Assembly: GCA_013239625.1 (NCBI GenBank) | Contig: MU054391.1 | Coordinates: 9,581,095-9,645,094, forward strand | Direction: 5' to 3' | Source of the DNA: Lama guanicoe | Taxonomy: Eukaryota | Length of the DNA stretch: 64,000 nucleotides | Shown: positions 1-13,042 of the stretch, piece by piece | Position numbering within the stretch: the first letter of the stretch is position 1 | Layout: each line of letters begins with the position of its first letter | Notes under the pieces: model-generated | The model's input: the letters and a program-made list of their open reading frames with translations, nothing else | Databases searched by the model: none | What the model was told of the DNA's origin: nothing | Position numbers and translations under genes: made by a program

Positions 1-904
1 ATCAGACTTTTCCCCCAATTATCTCATCATTTATACAATTCACCCTGGAAGTAATTTTTGTCATCATCGTCCCTGGATAAATATTCTTTGGGCCATCTAA
101 GACTTCTCAGTAACCCCACCAGAAACGCCGAGACAGCTAAGTAGAGGAGGGTTTTCCCCAGGGGTAAGTTAGGGAAAAGAACCCACCCCTGTTCCTGAAA
201 TCATAAACTTTTCTAGTTTCGTAAGAAAGCATTCAACCAATTTTCACTCTCCTCATTTTGGGGCTCAAAGGGATACTCTTCTATAATTCTAGCAGCTTTT
301 CTGACAATAAAATTATTCAAATAGAACAACCCAGAATCCGACAGCTGACAGGAAAGGAAAATAAGTGGTTAACTGGTCACATTTATTTATATTAAAGTTG
401 GTCCAGGTGTCAATGAAGCAACAGCAGCTGAGCCATGATTTTGGGATCACCTAATATGTGAACACCATTAACTCAATCCCAATTGCTGGGGAGACATGGT
501 GCATATTTTATTATAAGCAAATTAGAAGGAAAAAAAAGCCCAGACTCCATCTTTGCTTCTCAGCAACGCATCTAATTATAGCAAGCTGTCAGCATTTCTA
601 ACGTGTAAACCATTATTCAGAGCTACAAAGGAGATCTGTCAATGTCGACTCTTTGTTACCAAACCTAGCCTGACATTCTCTCTTGATCCTATTACGGAAC
701 AATCTGGGAGCACTGATAAAAACCAATTAAAGAAATCCTCTTGGATTCTAGTAGGTGGATTTAAGAAAAAGTCAACCTTGCTAAATTTTTCCCCTAACTC
801 TATGCATACACTGAGTCCTACTCTCAAAAGCCATAGATACATGTCTCAAATCAAAAGACCTGGGTTTGAAAACTAATGCTCCAAAGTAAACTACGAGACC
901 ACTT

Positions 905-1135
905 GTCATTCAGTCAACAAATAGTTTTTGTGCACCTATTATGTACCAGGTGATGTACTGAGAAGATGTGACCCTTTCCTCCAGGAATGCAGTCTGCTGG
1001 GAGAGTTAAGCAAACAAGTGTAAAATGGGGCGATACCAGTAAGCACAGGGTGCTGTGAGAACACGGGAGAACGGCATACTTGGGATGTACCCGTGAAGTC
1101 CTTCCTAAGGGAAGAGTTAACTTCTAGGCTACTTA
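905..1135 (-). mobile_element. LINE-2 3' fragment
   Basis: cattcagtcaacaaatagtttttgtgcacctattatgtaccagg is the reverse of an L2 3' end. Confidence 0.6.
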
Positions 1136-2196
1136 CACAACTTACCAGTAGTACAACAGCCAGCAAAAGATAAGGAGACAAATTCTAATAACGGACAGAG
1201 TATGGGCTAATCCTAGACGGCTAAGACCAGATGGAAGGATGGAGTGAATAAAGCAGACCTAACTGCAGCCAGAAGTGATCAGGAATCAGCTGCGTATGGA
1301 CAGTGCTTCTGTCAATGGATTTTGGCAAAGGAGATCCCATGCCTCAGCTCACAGTGCCTCTACAGTCGTCATTTAACCCAACCTCCTCCTGCTCACGGAC
1401 TGAAGCCCTCAAGGCGGCATCCTGAATCGCCCACCAGGGGCACGGTCCCCTCTGAAGCTACCTGGCACAGGGATGCAGCTCAGGGACCAGCCAGCCCATC
1501 TACACCTGCTCTGTACCCTGGGTGTGCACTGCTGTTGCCCGCTCTTCTCACGCCTTATCCCGTTGGGGTTTAAAAAAAAAAAAGTGCTATTACTTCTGTG
1601 ATGGTTGTTCCTTCATGGAGTTCCTGGTGCCCACTTTGCCCTGTGCCAGGAACCCACGTTACCCAAAATAGTGAAGAAGGCTTTTTTCCCATGTGTGCTC
1701 GGACCCTGCGGTTTCAGGCTAAAGTCCTCAGCCTCCAACTGCCCAAAGCACCTGGAAGGGAGGCTACAACCAGGCAGCCTGTCTATGTGTGTGACTCCTT
1801 GCCCCTCTCCACCAGGCTACTGACTCCCACCCCTACTCGCGGCATCAGCCACCTTCATTCTCCCAAGGGTCTCTCACCACTGTTGCTCCACATCTGCTTT
1901 TTCACTTTTTTTTGTTTTCTGGCATCTCAAGGATTTGGTATGTGTACTGGGAGAGGGGTCTATACACGTGACCTCATCTCTACACTCTTTGTATTTCAGT
2001 ACAATTTATGAAACAAATCTCAAAACCAGGTAGACAGTTAAGCTTCAAAACAGTAGCACACAGCAATAATGAGCATAATTACGAACATGAACATTTCCAG
2101 CGGCTTTTCTTTATCTTACAGAAAGTTTCAAGTCTCCACATATAACCTTCGTTTTTGTGTGTGGCCAAAAGAACCTATTCTCTCCTTCTGCCAGTG

Positions 2197-2465
2197 AGAG
2201 AAGCGGCATGGCTGGAGCAATCGCACGGACACACAGAAGTTAGCAGCTGGATGACCTTGTGCGAGTTATTTAGCAACTATAAACTTGATTGTCTCATCTA
2301 CAAAATACATTTAAAATAAAATATATAAAAATGTAAAATTATAAAATACATATAAATTTGGGGCAAGTTACTTCGTATTTCTGTTTTCTCACCTATAAGA
2401 GAATCAATAAGCATACAAACCTCGTGGTTTGTCAGGAGGCACAAATAAGATATTTTAAAATGCTC
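2197..2465 (+). mobile_element. MIR fragments (two cores)
   Basis: tgaccttgtgcgagttattt...tctcatctacaaaat and ttggggcaagttactt...gttttctcacctataa. Confidence 0.55.
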
Positions 2466-5065
2466 TTTTCTCCATTATTATAGAACCCAGAGCTTATTCT
2501 CAAGGAGCTGAAAACTAGGGACCAACAAAGACGTAGACATAAACAACTCACAGACGGTATCTGAATACAAGGACCATTAGACTCACAAACCAAGAATGCT
2601 GGGAACTCCTTCGAGGGAGCAACTGACTCTCCTGACTCTTTGGGGCTCAATTTCTTCAGATGTAGAACAAAGGAGAAGCATCAGAAGATCGCCCTTCTAA
2701 GGCTAAGATCCTACAAATGTGTAAGAATTCAATTATGCAAATAAAACAAATCCTTGTAAATCCCTCCAGGTGAGGAACTGGGGAGGTTCTGTGCCTCATC
2801 CCATTTATGCCTCCATTAAACATTCAGAACAGATTTCTTTGTTAAAAATACAATTCCAGACCGACAAATTGTAGCCAATAGATTCCCACACAGTTTAAAC
2901 AACTTTAATCCCTTCTCGTTTACTAAGTAGAAATTGTCTAGTCCCTCTGTGAATAATTTTTATTTCATGTGTTTTGTACATCAAATGTGTTTGCTTTTCT
3001 TAGAAATATTTAAGAACAAATACTAGTATTTCAGTCTCCGGCATGGAAGAGACAGAGCGCTAACCATACACGAACTGAATCTCACTTAATGCTGATGATC
3101 CTGTGGGACCAGAGTCTACCAGTACCATCTGCTCTAAGATGGGTAAGGAGGGGAGCAACTAGACTAAGGCCGCTCAGGGTAACTGGCAGGGCAGGATATG
3201 ACTCCCAGGTATAACGCCTCTCAAGAACCAGCCTTTTACATTTGTTGTGCAGGGAGGAGTATCTCTTAAAATTATAAGGACCTTGATGAGATCAGTGTAC
3301 ACGCAGCTCCCACCGAATATAAATGAGACTTGGCATCTGAGTCCTTTTACAAATGCTGTCATTCTACATTATATCCGGACTGACTTACGTTTTTACACAC
3401 ACATTCTCCCTCTCCCCTTTTTACACATAAACACACACGTGTAAACACAAATGATCAGGGAGGACACACAATGGTAGGTGTTCAGCTGGACGTATGATTT
3501 GAGCTGTATTTCCAAGCCTTTTGTTCTCTCTTCTCTAAGAATAACAGACAGAGGCTTAGAACACCATATTCTGTTCAATCTCTTGATATAAATAAGCCTC
3601 CTTTTAAACGTCTATCCTAATACGGTGGTGAATGGGGTATTTTATTAACTTCTTGGTGATAGGCTCCTAAGCGTCTTTCAGTTTACAGATCAAATATTTG
3701 TTAAGCATATAGGAATATTTTCAGTATTTCAATTTACTGGGTAAAACATAACATTGATTCTTGCAGAAATCTCCCAAAACAGAAAATTACCTATGAGGAA
3801 AAAACATAGGAACTGGCATCACAGAACCTGGATTACTGGTTCTTCCTTCCTGAGCTGCAGGTTTTCCATTATCAAAATTGAAGCGATTTCTCCTTGGTAG
3901 ACTCTTCACAGAGACGAACGAGACCAGATGGATGAGTACGTTGTTGCAAGTTCTAGCTTCTACGCAAATGATTTTCTTATCAGTATCACTACTCCTTTCT
4001 GTCCCTTCCTTCAGGAACTTTCCTGGCCATGATTACTTCCAATGTTTGATGTAAATTTTAGTAACAATTCTTCCCCTGAACTTACCACAATTTCTCTCAA
4101 AATATCCTAAAGGCAGCCTCTACTCACCCCGACACTTCATTCTGTACACTCACTCCACAAGTGCACAGCATTCAAGTTTATATGGTCGTCAGCATTTCAG
4201 GCATCCTCAGCTGTGGTCCTGCAGCGAGGAAGTGAGTCAAGCCTCCTGGCCTCTCGCCTCGTGGGCTCGCCCTACATCTGGCCCGCCTCCCGCCTCCCGG
4301 TGCTGCTGCCAAGTGCCCATGAACGTTCCACATCCAGCCTCACACCTGAAGTGACTGATGCTTTTGTGCAGAGTACAGTCAAACCTCTCTCCCTCTTTTT
4401 CCCACCTAAGTTCAATGACACGATCCATGCGTATGAAAGCTTTTAGCCTCTAAGTAACTTTTGAAGGACTTCACAGGTAGCTTCAAGACTTCCCATATTC
4501 AGTATTCAACATGAGACTGCAAAAACTAAAAGCATAAAAAGGCATCAAACATTTTAAAAGTGTAGAGATTTAAATTATTTGAAATTTTCCCTCAAATTTG
4601 GCCATGCAGTTCTTCAATGAGGTAAAAAAGAAAATACAATTTCTTTCAGGAATATGGTCAAGTCCCCGTAAAAAAAAAATGTACATCAGTATTTACGACA
4701 CCAGAATGTTTGACGACTTAATCTACTACTTACTAGTATACTGGTAATAAATCCATTCAGGCTTTATAGTCTCCGTTTCTTGGTAATATTGTTTGGAAAG
4801 TTTTAAACAGGTGGTATATTTCCCCTCTAGGGTTGTTATTTGCTTGAGATAATTTTCTACTTAGTATTTCAATTAGTAGCTTAAAAAAAAAAAACACCAC
4901 ATTTTAGAATCGTCTACCATAAAGTCTTGAATTTCATCCCCTGCCGTGTTTGCTTCTCTAGCATTATAAAACTAAAAAGACATGTTTCCATTTTTAACTG
5001 ATTTTATCTTCTGAAATTCTTTAAAAAGAATGCTAGAGAAATCACACTTCAAGACGCATTTACAA

Positions 5066-5269
5066 AGAAGAGGGATAAGTTAGGAGTTTGGGATTAGCAG
5101 GTATAAACTACTATGTACAGAATAGATAAACAAAAAGGTCCTACTGTGGGGAACTATATTCAATATCTTATAATAAACTGTAATGGAAAAGATTATGAAA
5201 TACATGTATAACTGAATCGCTCTGCTGTACCCCAGAAACACAACATTGTAAATTACCTATACTTCAAAA
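5066..5269 (+). mobile_element. Short L1 3'-end insertion (cetartiodactyl-type 3'UTR)
   Basis: ggagtttgggattagcag...gggaactatattcaatatc...ctatacttcaaaaaa, flanked by a 15-bp TSD aagacgcatttacaa (5051-5065) / aagatgcatttataa (5270-5284). Confidence 0.85.
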
Positions 5270-6325
5270 AAGATGCATTTATAATAATTATAATAAGATA
5301 CAAATGAAGAAAGTCAGGTACAGAAAAATGTATACAGGTTACTCATATTTGTATAAAAATTAGTTATGAAAATATGTATACCTATGAACTGTTTCTGGAA
5401 GGATACAAAAGGGAAACACTGACTTTATAATACTTTCACCACTTGAGGCTTTTTTTTTTTGCCATGTGTGTATTATTTTTTAAATATAAAGAAGGTTAAT
5501 TAGGACAAACACTGGGGAGAAAATCCTCCGCAAGTGACCATTTGCCCATCATCGCTGTGTAACACTGAAAAGAAACCTGAAGGGATGCTGGGGGGCTGCC
5601 GGCTCCCGGGAGCCCGTGTGGTGGGCTCAGGAGGCGCCTCCCATCGAGATGCACAGGCCTGGTATCAGAAATACCACCACAAATTACATCAGCACTTCTA
5701 TTCCCACCTCGTAATCTACCTAAGTTATCATTCCCGCAGCTCAGGAACCACAGCGGGTGGAAAGAGAACATGTGAAAAGACTGCGGAAATAGAAACGAGC
5801 TGAACTGACAGCTGAGTGAGAGCCAAGCTTCCCCGAGGGTTATTATGTGGAGGCAACAAACGGAAGCCACTGTGATTTCAGTTTCCAGGATGATTCATCA
5901 GGAGTTCGTCATACCTAATTCCAAACTCAGCAGTGCTGCTTTATGCAGAGGAAGATGCTGAAAAGACCCAAAAATGAGCCGTTAGGTAGTCAGTGGAAAA
6001 CTCAAAGGTACTTAAAACATCCAGCTAACATAACCAGCCATGATTCCTTGAAATCTAAGAGTCAGGACTCAAAACTAAAACTGACGCCTAAAGGCTGTCC
6101 CCAAACCACAGCAGCTGAAACGATTCCTAAATGTGTCCAAACGCCGAGGAACAGCCGCTGAGTAGCTGCGGGGGGTGGAGTTGTAGGGCCTCAGGGACAG
6201 ACTGGGGCCCCTGCCCTTAGCGAGGTCACTACATGGAGAGCAGACAGACACACATCGCTACAACCGCCTAAAGGAACAGCTCCGGTGGGTGTCTCCAGGG
6301 GACAGAAGACGCCCCAATGTCTACC

Positions 6326-6344
6326 GAGACAGCAGAGGGCGCTC
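6326..6344 (+). promoter_or_regulatory. Candidate CTCF site
   Basis: GAGACAGCAGAGGGCGCTC versus the consensus core CCASYAGRKGGCRS; one core mismatch. Motif only, no binding data. Confidence 0.4.
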
Positions 6345-7139
6345 TTCTGAGCTCAGACCCACACGCTGATGGTGGGAGGAAGGAGGACTTTCAGGCAGGA
6401 GAATTACATCCGCAAAGGCACAGAGCTGTGGAAATGGTGTTAAATCCATAAACTCTGAACAGTCAGAACATGAACTTCCACTGAGCCAGTGCCAGGGTCA
6501 CGGCTGGCGGACCAAGAAAGAGCCGTCCAGGTCACTGAGGAGCCTCCAGATTGGACACAGGAGTTTAGAATAGAGCACATGAAAATGTCGTGCTGGGAAT
6601 GACCCGTCAGACCTGCAGGCCAGCGATCCCTCAGGCCCAAGACACAGTGACAGGCTCCTTCTGCAACAGAGAGAGAGCCGCAGCACGTCCAAGCAAAAGG
6701 CAGGGACAGCCTGCAATCGGGAGCTCTAAGGGCCAGATGTCACCTTCTACCAGAACAGCCCTGAGCAGGCAATCGAATTTCTCCGAGTCGCTTCTGCAAA
6801 GTGGGGTTGCTCGAAGGATCAAAGGGCAGAATGAACGTGGAAGGTACTGACAGGCGGTGCCTTCCGAGGGTCAGGCCGACCTTTCTCCCGTCCACTGATG
6901 ACTCCCGTGAACAAGCCCCCAGGCTGACTGCTGCCGTCACCCCACCCCCACCCCCGACTCTTTCTTAGCCAGAGAGAAGAGACCCTGCTCCCAGATTGTA
7001 TTTCCATCCTTTTCCTCTGGAGTCAGGCAACACTTCTGTGCCCTGAATTTTATAGAGCGACTTCTCCATACTTTCTTAAACACTTTGTGAGAAAACACCG
7101 CAGTACCCATAATGGCCAGAGACCCCTCGACTCCTGCTA

Positions 7140-7490
7140 CAGGTTCCATCCATCCGCCTGGAACGCTCTCCCCCGGTACCTCCCTGACGCCACATTCGCC
7201 TTTCTGTCTTTACTCAAAGGTCCTCTTCTCAGCCGGGGCCTTTTCTGGGCCTGTTTAAACTGTACTCGCCACCCACACGTGCAGCCTTATCCTTTGCCTT
7301 TTGTTTCCAAAGCTCATCATCTAACACGGTATATGTTTTATTTACTTACTTAGTTTTTGGTGCCCCTTTCCCAATAGAATGTAAATCCAAAAAGGGCAAA
7401 GGTTTTAATATACTTTGTTCACTACTGTTTCCCCAGGATCTAGAACACTGCCTGGCGTAACAGTCCCCTGACAAATGTCTGATGAACACC
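7140..7490 (+). mobile_element. LINE-2 3' end
   Basis: tccgcctggaacgctctccc...tagaatgtaaatcc...ttgttcactactgtttcccca...agaacactgcctggc. Confidence 0.65.
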
Positions 7491-10400
7491 CACGCCCGTA
7501 ATTGGATTACCTCATATGTATGGAAGAATTACTCATTAATTTTCAGTGACCTAGCCAGTGAACATTTGTTTACTACCCTTGATGTTTCAGGTCCTGCTCT
7601 CAGCCTGAGGAAACCAATAAACACAACACAGACACTGGCCTCACACAGCTCGCTCTCTGGTGAGATGAAAGCAACAGAGCAGAAGGGCCACGACAGAGCT
7701 AAGTCAAGCACAGTCCCAACGCACAAGCAGGGGCACCCAGCACAGCCCGGGAGCAGCACAGGACAGCGGCAGGAAGCAGGCCTGGGCGAGGTGACACCGG
7801 AACCCAGTCTCTGAGCAAAGAAATGCTGGGGAAACATTATAGGCAGAGCCCAACGTGTTCAAGACAAGAAACAGAGAATACACAGGGTGTCCGAGACATT
7901 TAAGCAGCTTGGAATGGCTGGAAAAAAGGAAGATGAAGTTGCAGAAACAGACAGAGGCGACTATCCTGCTGGGGTGGGAAAAAAATCACTGGACTTTAGG
8001 TGGGACGATGGCCATACCTCCACTTGAGAAAGACTGCTCTGATGACCCTTGGGGGAAGACACAAAAGTAACAAGGCTGAAGACAAGAGGATGTTTCATTT
8101 CATTTTTCACTCTTCATTTTACCCTTCAGACTAACAACCAGATGCTTTCCATGGAGACCTGGCCAGCTAGGGCCCCAGCCACGTGCCAGCCTAGCGCTGT
8201 CGCGCGGCATGTCTGTTCCTGTCTGCAGCAGCTGACAAGGCAGAAACCACGTGCCGCAGCATCACCACTGGGCCGCACGAACTGCACGGGCTTCTACTCC
8301 CCCAGGATCAGCAACAACGCTGAACAGCAGCTGCCTGACTCCCCTGGGCCCCGGAAGGGAACCGTGTCCCACAGCTGGGACTCAGAGGCCAAGGCCTAGG
8401 GCCAGGCCAGAGAGCTCCCAGGGACAGCTTTGAGGGAAAGGACAGCTGGGTAGAGAAACACAGGCAGGAACAATTCCAAGAGTCAAACGGCAGTCAAGGC
8501 AGGTTGACACAAGTTGGAAGGAAGAACAGAAATTGGGGGAAAGGGTACTAAGTGGTCGGAATTAAGTGTCACTATCCTTCCTCCTGCAAGGCCAGGCTCG
8601 AGGCCGTCCCTCAGAGCAGGCACTCCAAGAACGCTGGGCTGAGGAAAGGACGTGCAAAATAGAAACCTGAAAATAAAATACTCATGCTTCCTACCAAGTG
8701 AAAAGAAGACGGACACACCTTTACTTCTGACCCCTAGCCTTCCATGTCCTACTTTCTCCCTCTGCGTGCTCCTGCTGCAGACATCCGAATGGGGCTCCCT
8801 GCAGAGCGCCTGGGCGTCTCAAGCAGGGAACAGTCCCTGCCAGACAGGAAAGCTGGGGCGGAACTGCACGGTTCTCTCCTACCTGACCTCTCTCACAAGC
8901 AGTATTTTTAGGACTTTTCATTTTTGGTACAAAGTAATTTACTAGCAGGGAAAATAGGAACAATATATACTGTACTAGAACGTTCCTCCAAGAGGACTAT
9001 TTTAAGTTTTTAGGAAATGAACAGAACCATCAGGCCTAAACGTAGCAAGCTCCTTGGCTCCGTGACAGTCCAAGCCCTTAGTCTGTCTTACATTTACATC
9101 GGGTTCCAGTCCTCTTACTTGCAGCTCTTCCAACCCACTGCTGTGTGAGTGTCGCATGTGGACCCACAGAGGAGGTGGGGCAGCCACTTTCAACTTCTAT
9201 GTCAGAGCTCAGAGTCCCCCGCACACACCAGGTGCTCCAGGGGTTTAGTGACAGGCCAGCTAGCTGAGTGGCCTTCATCTCCTGTATTCATGAGAAGTGG
9301 AGCACAGTGCTGGGCACACAGTATGGCCCTGATGCAGTCTACAGACATCGGAATAATGCATGTGACTCGGGAGTTCCGGAGCAAATTATGCTGTACTTGT
9401 GTGCAGATATACCACCATGAAAAGACGAGGGTGCTGAGAAGCAGACACCGGCAAACATGCCACGAACACGCCTGGCCAGCCGTCCGACTGAATGTCATGA
9501 GCAAGACACTGAGTAAGCACATTGTTCCAGGTATAAACCTGCCACACTTCTACCTATATGATCACTTCATTCCTTCAATTTGCAACACAGTAGGCCAATT
9601 TCTCATTTCACATAAAAACATACCTGCGATATAAAAGCAAGACAAAGGAGTGCAGAATAAAAATATCCCTGCAAAGCAGCAGTGGATATCGAAAAGAAAA
9701 TAAATAAATTCAAAATTCCCAAAATAAAGTATTATCTTTTATCAACTGGCTAAAAAGGAGAAACACTCCTGTTTCTTGGCCAAATGTCTTCCTAGTAAAA
9801 TCAGGCCTGAGAACAATACCCACCTCCTAATGGTGATGCCCTTGGGGAGTAACTGATGTTGTACATGGTTCCCCCACGGCCCTTCCTCTTTTTAAATAAA
9901 AACTGATGAATGAAAGCTACAGATTTTGCCACAAATGGAATATCCTCATGTACTTACAGGTTCTTAGATATGTTTGGATGGCTGAGGCAGCTACAACTTT
10001 GATACACATGTGAAACTATTTCTTTACAATCTGCTTTGGGGCAGGGGAGGAAGAATCCTGTCTCAATAAAATCTCAACCTTGGATTTGTACACATAGTGG
10101 ATTTGCAAGTCTGATCTATTTGCTTATCTGCTCTTAAAGTAGTAATTCTCTTCAAATGTCCGGTATGAAACATAAGTAATTTCCCTAAAGCTGGTGTACA
10201 CAAACCTGAAGGGCTTCCATTTCTGGCAGCATCTGGAGTACTTCTGTGTCCACAAAGGAAGGCACATGTGACCTGAGACCCCGCTTAGCTGCTCTCACTC
10301 AGAAAGTAACAATGAAGGTAAATAAAAGCTGTCAGAGGGTTGGTGGCAAGGAGGCACAACGTGTCTCAACATTTCAGCTGTGCAATTACACTCCCGTATC

Positions 10401-10814
10401 TCTGGCTTAAAAATAAATGAAAGTGCAGCACCGCTCGAAGAATTACACTGCCTGCTGTCCTAAATTCAACAAAGCCATCTTCCTTTGGAGAAGTGAATTA
10501 AGAAGCCAGTTCTCCATTTCTCCTCTCCTACTGCTTTAGCCTTTCCTAAGAATGCTGTAAAATCAAACAAATAATAGAAGAGATAAGGGACGAACGAATC
10601 AGCATTCACAATAAATATCAGAAAGTCTACCTCTTACTAGATGCCTGGAAAAGCAACTACATCTAACACAGAAGAGGCAAAGGCTGCCGGCCGCTGGGAA
10701 TGCATTCTGAACACAAAGCACACCGGTCCCTCCAGAGGGCTAAGCCCGTGTTTCAGCTGCCTTAGAAAAGCTTTAACTCTGCTCGTGAATGAAGCGGGAG
10801 CCACGAGGACTCAC

Positions 10815-10952
10815 CCTGTAGAGAGGGTGGCACTTGTCCATGAAACACGGAGCCAACCGGGCGTAGATCTGCAAGCTGTAGTAGTAGGCTGCCAGCTGCA
10901 GGGACACCGCAGAGTGGGACTGCTTCTCAAAGCACTTGTTGGCATCCAACAC
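10815..10952 (-). CDS. NBAS: NBAS exon ~40 (138 nt): VLDANKCFEKQSHSAVSLQLAAYYYSLQIYARLAPCFMDKCHPLYR
   Basis: Acceptor cttctag|GTG, donor AGG|gtgagt; phase 0 to 0. Confidence 0.96.
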
Positions 10953-11335
10953 CTAGAAGGGAGCATGAGAGAATGAGCTCAGTGGAAAGGATATCAGCAC
11001 CATCACCATAAACCATTATATTTCTAGTCATTACTGGTAGAATTTTGCTCCTAAGTTTCCATCATATCAACTCAAGCTCAAGCTCATCTTAATATGACCA
11101 CACTGAAGTTCAGCAGGCACCATAAAGGTAGATCCTATGTGTGTAAAAGTAGATTTAAAAACCAACTTTTCAGCTAATATTGTAGAACTGGATACTGCCC
11201 ACAGTCCTTCCATCATGCAAGAACAATCAGAAACAAGTCAAACATGTAATAAACAAGTTACTGATGAAGATCCCCAGTTTAGACTTCCAGTTTCTCCACT
11301 TGTAAGTCCTTCTTTCTTGGTAAGGGTAAACTTAC

Positions 11336-11412
11336 CTGCGGTAAGGCAAGGAGATAAGCAAGAGCCAAGGTCATATCACTTGGTAAAGCATCACTTGCTA
11401 GTTTCAAAAGAA
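11336..11412 (-). CDS. NBAS: NBAS exon ~39 (77 nt): VLLKLASDALPSDMTLALAYLLALPQ
   Basis: Acceptor cattcag|TT, donor CAG|gtaagt; phase 1 to 0. Confidence 0.95.
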
Positions 11413-13000
11413 CTGAATGTGGGGAAAAAAAATTGCATTATTTCATCTGAGGATCCATATGACATTCATAGTTACCAAGTGTCATGATTTTAGTCCTTTA
11501 TGATTTCAACATTAATTAGCTTCAGAGAACTCTTTAAGACCCCTTATGAAAGTCTACTCCATGCTATTTAAATACAGGTTACATGAAACTATGCTAAATG
11601 ATAACCTCGCCTTAATTCAGACAAATTATGCTGTTTGTTACTCAAACATGAGGAAATCCCGTTAGTGCAGCTACAAAGTCTAAGTGCCAAGAGATCAGTG
11701 AAGATCTTAAAGCCAGTCTTTTGGTTTTCAAGACCCAGGCCAAGCTACAAAATTCTGTCTATCAGTGACAGCTAACGTGGAAGATGACCACAAGAAAACT
11801 AATGATCAGAGCAAAAAACAGCTTCATGAGTGTACACTTAGGGTAGATCTTTTGATCACCACGATGAGGATAATACGGTTTTCTTCTTTCTCCTCACCAC
11901 ACTCCACAAAAAGAAACCAGTCTCTTGGTTTGATTATACAACACCTTAAAACGTCCCAACCACCTGCAACTTTTCCACAAAAATTTTTATATAAGCAACA
12001 ACCTATCAATGTCATGGCTTTAAGAAAAGAGGCCACTGCCTATAACATCTGTGTTTATATACATTTTGCAATAATAAGGAGGAATTCCACTCATTTAGGG
12101 TCTTAAATGACAAATAACAATTATTCATTGCAACCACAATGTAAATCTTTTAGTTTTAAAGAACAGAGAATCTCATGATTCTCACGAATAAAGTAAACAG
12201 TATGTAAATAATTCAAAGTAAATATTTGACTTGGAAAATACATCATGTAATTTTTTTCCCCAGAAGATTTACCTTCCTAATTGTGTCTTATTTGAACTAA
12301 AACTTAAAAGTCATTCGTATACTCTGAGTTTCGCTGACAGTCTGGACAGAGCGGATGATGGTGGGGTGGGCAGCAACCTGTAAGTGGGTGAAGTGTCAGA
12401 AGCTGACCTAAAACTCAGCACGTCCTGTGGATGAGTCACAGGGGGAAAAGCTCAGCCTTCTCCCCTGAGCCTCTCCAAAGGGAGTATTAGTTCTCTACAT
12501 ACTCATTCCCTCTGTGTTCTCCAAACCTTATGAACCAAACTGGGCCACCAGTCGGCCTCAGGCCTCCCAAGGAATCATACTATTTTAGAAATGTTCCGTG
12601 ATCAAAAGCTACTCATTTTAAGGCTCATTTCCAAATTCAGCCCTTCATTCAGTATCAGTGAGAACTTTCCCTAAACCAGATATTGCCCTAAAATAAGAAT
12701 CTGAGTCCCTGTCCTTTGGGGATAAACACACTAGGACAAGTCTTCCAGATAAGTAACTGAAAAGTACAAGGCAAAGGGCCCAAATCAAATTCTGTACAAT
12801 TATGAGAGCAAAGAAGAGGCGTAAGATTGCTGAATGTATTCCAGAACACTAGTGAAACTGAAGAATAATGGGGTTAAGCTGTATATTTTAGACACCAGAA
12901 GACAAAGCAAGAAAAAGCATGTAAGTTTAGTCTGCTGAAAATTCTGAATTATTTGAGAAAGATTTACCTAGAATCTAGAAGCGGCATATCTGCACAAGCG

Positions 13001-13042
13001 TGTACACGCACACACGTGCGCACACACACACACACACACACA
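13001..13042. repeat. (CA)n microsatellite with an interrupted 5' part
   Basis: tgtacacgcacacacgtgcg(ca)11. Confidence 0.9.

Noticed and set aside
9149..9634. 161-aa + strand ORF with an overlapping minus-strand ORF
   Set aside because: GTG start, no homology I recognise, no supporting exon structure; it is not the next NBAS exon.
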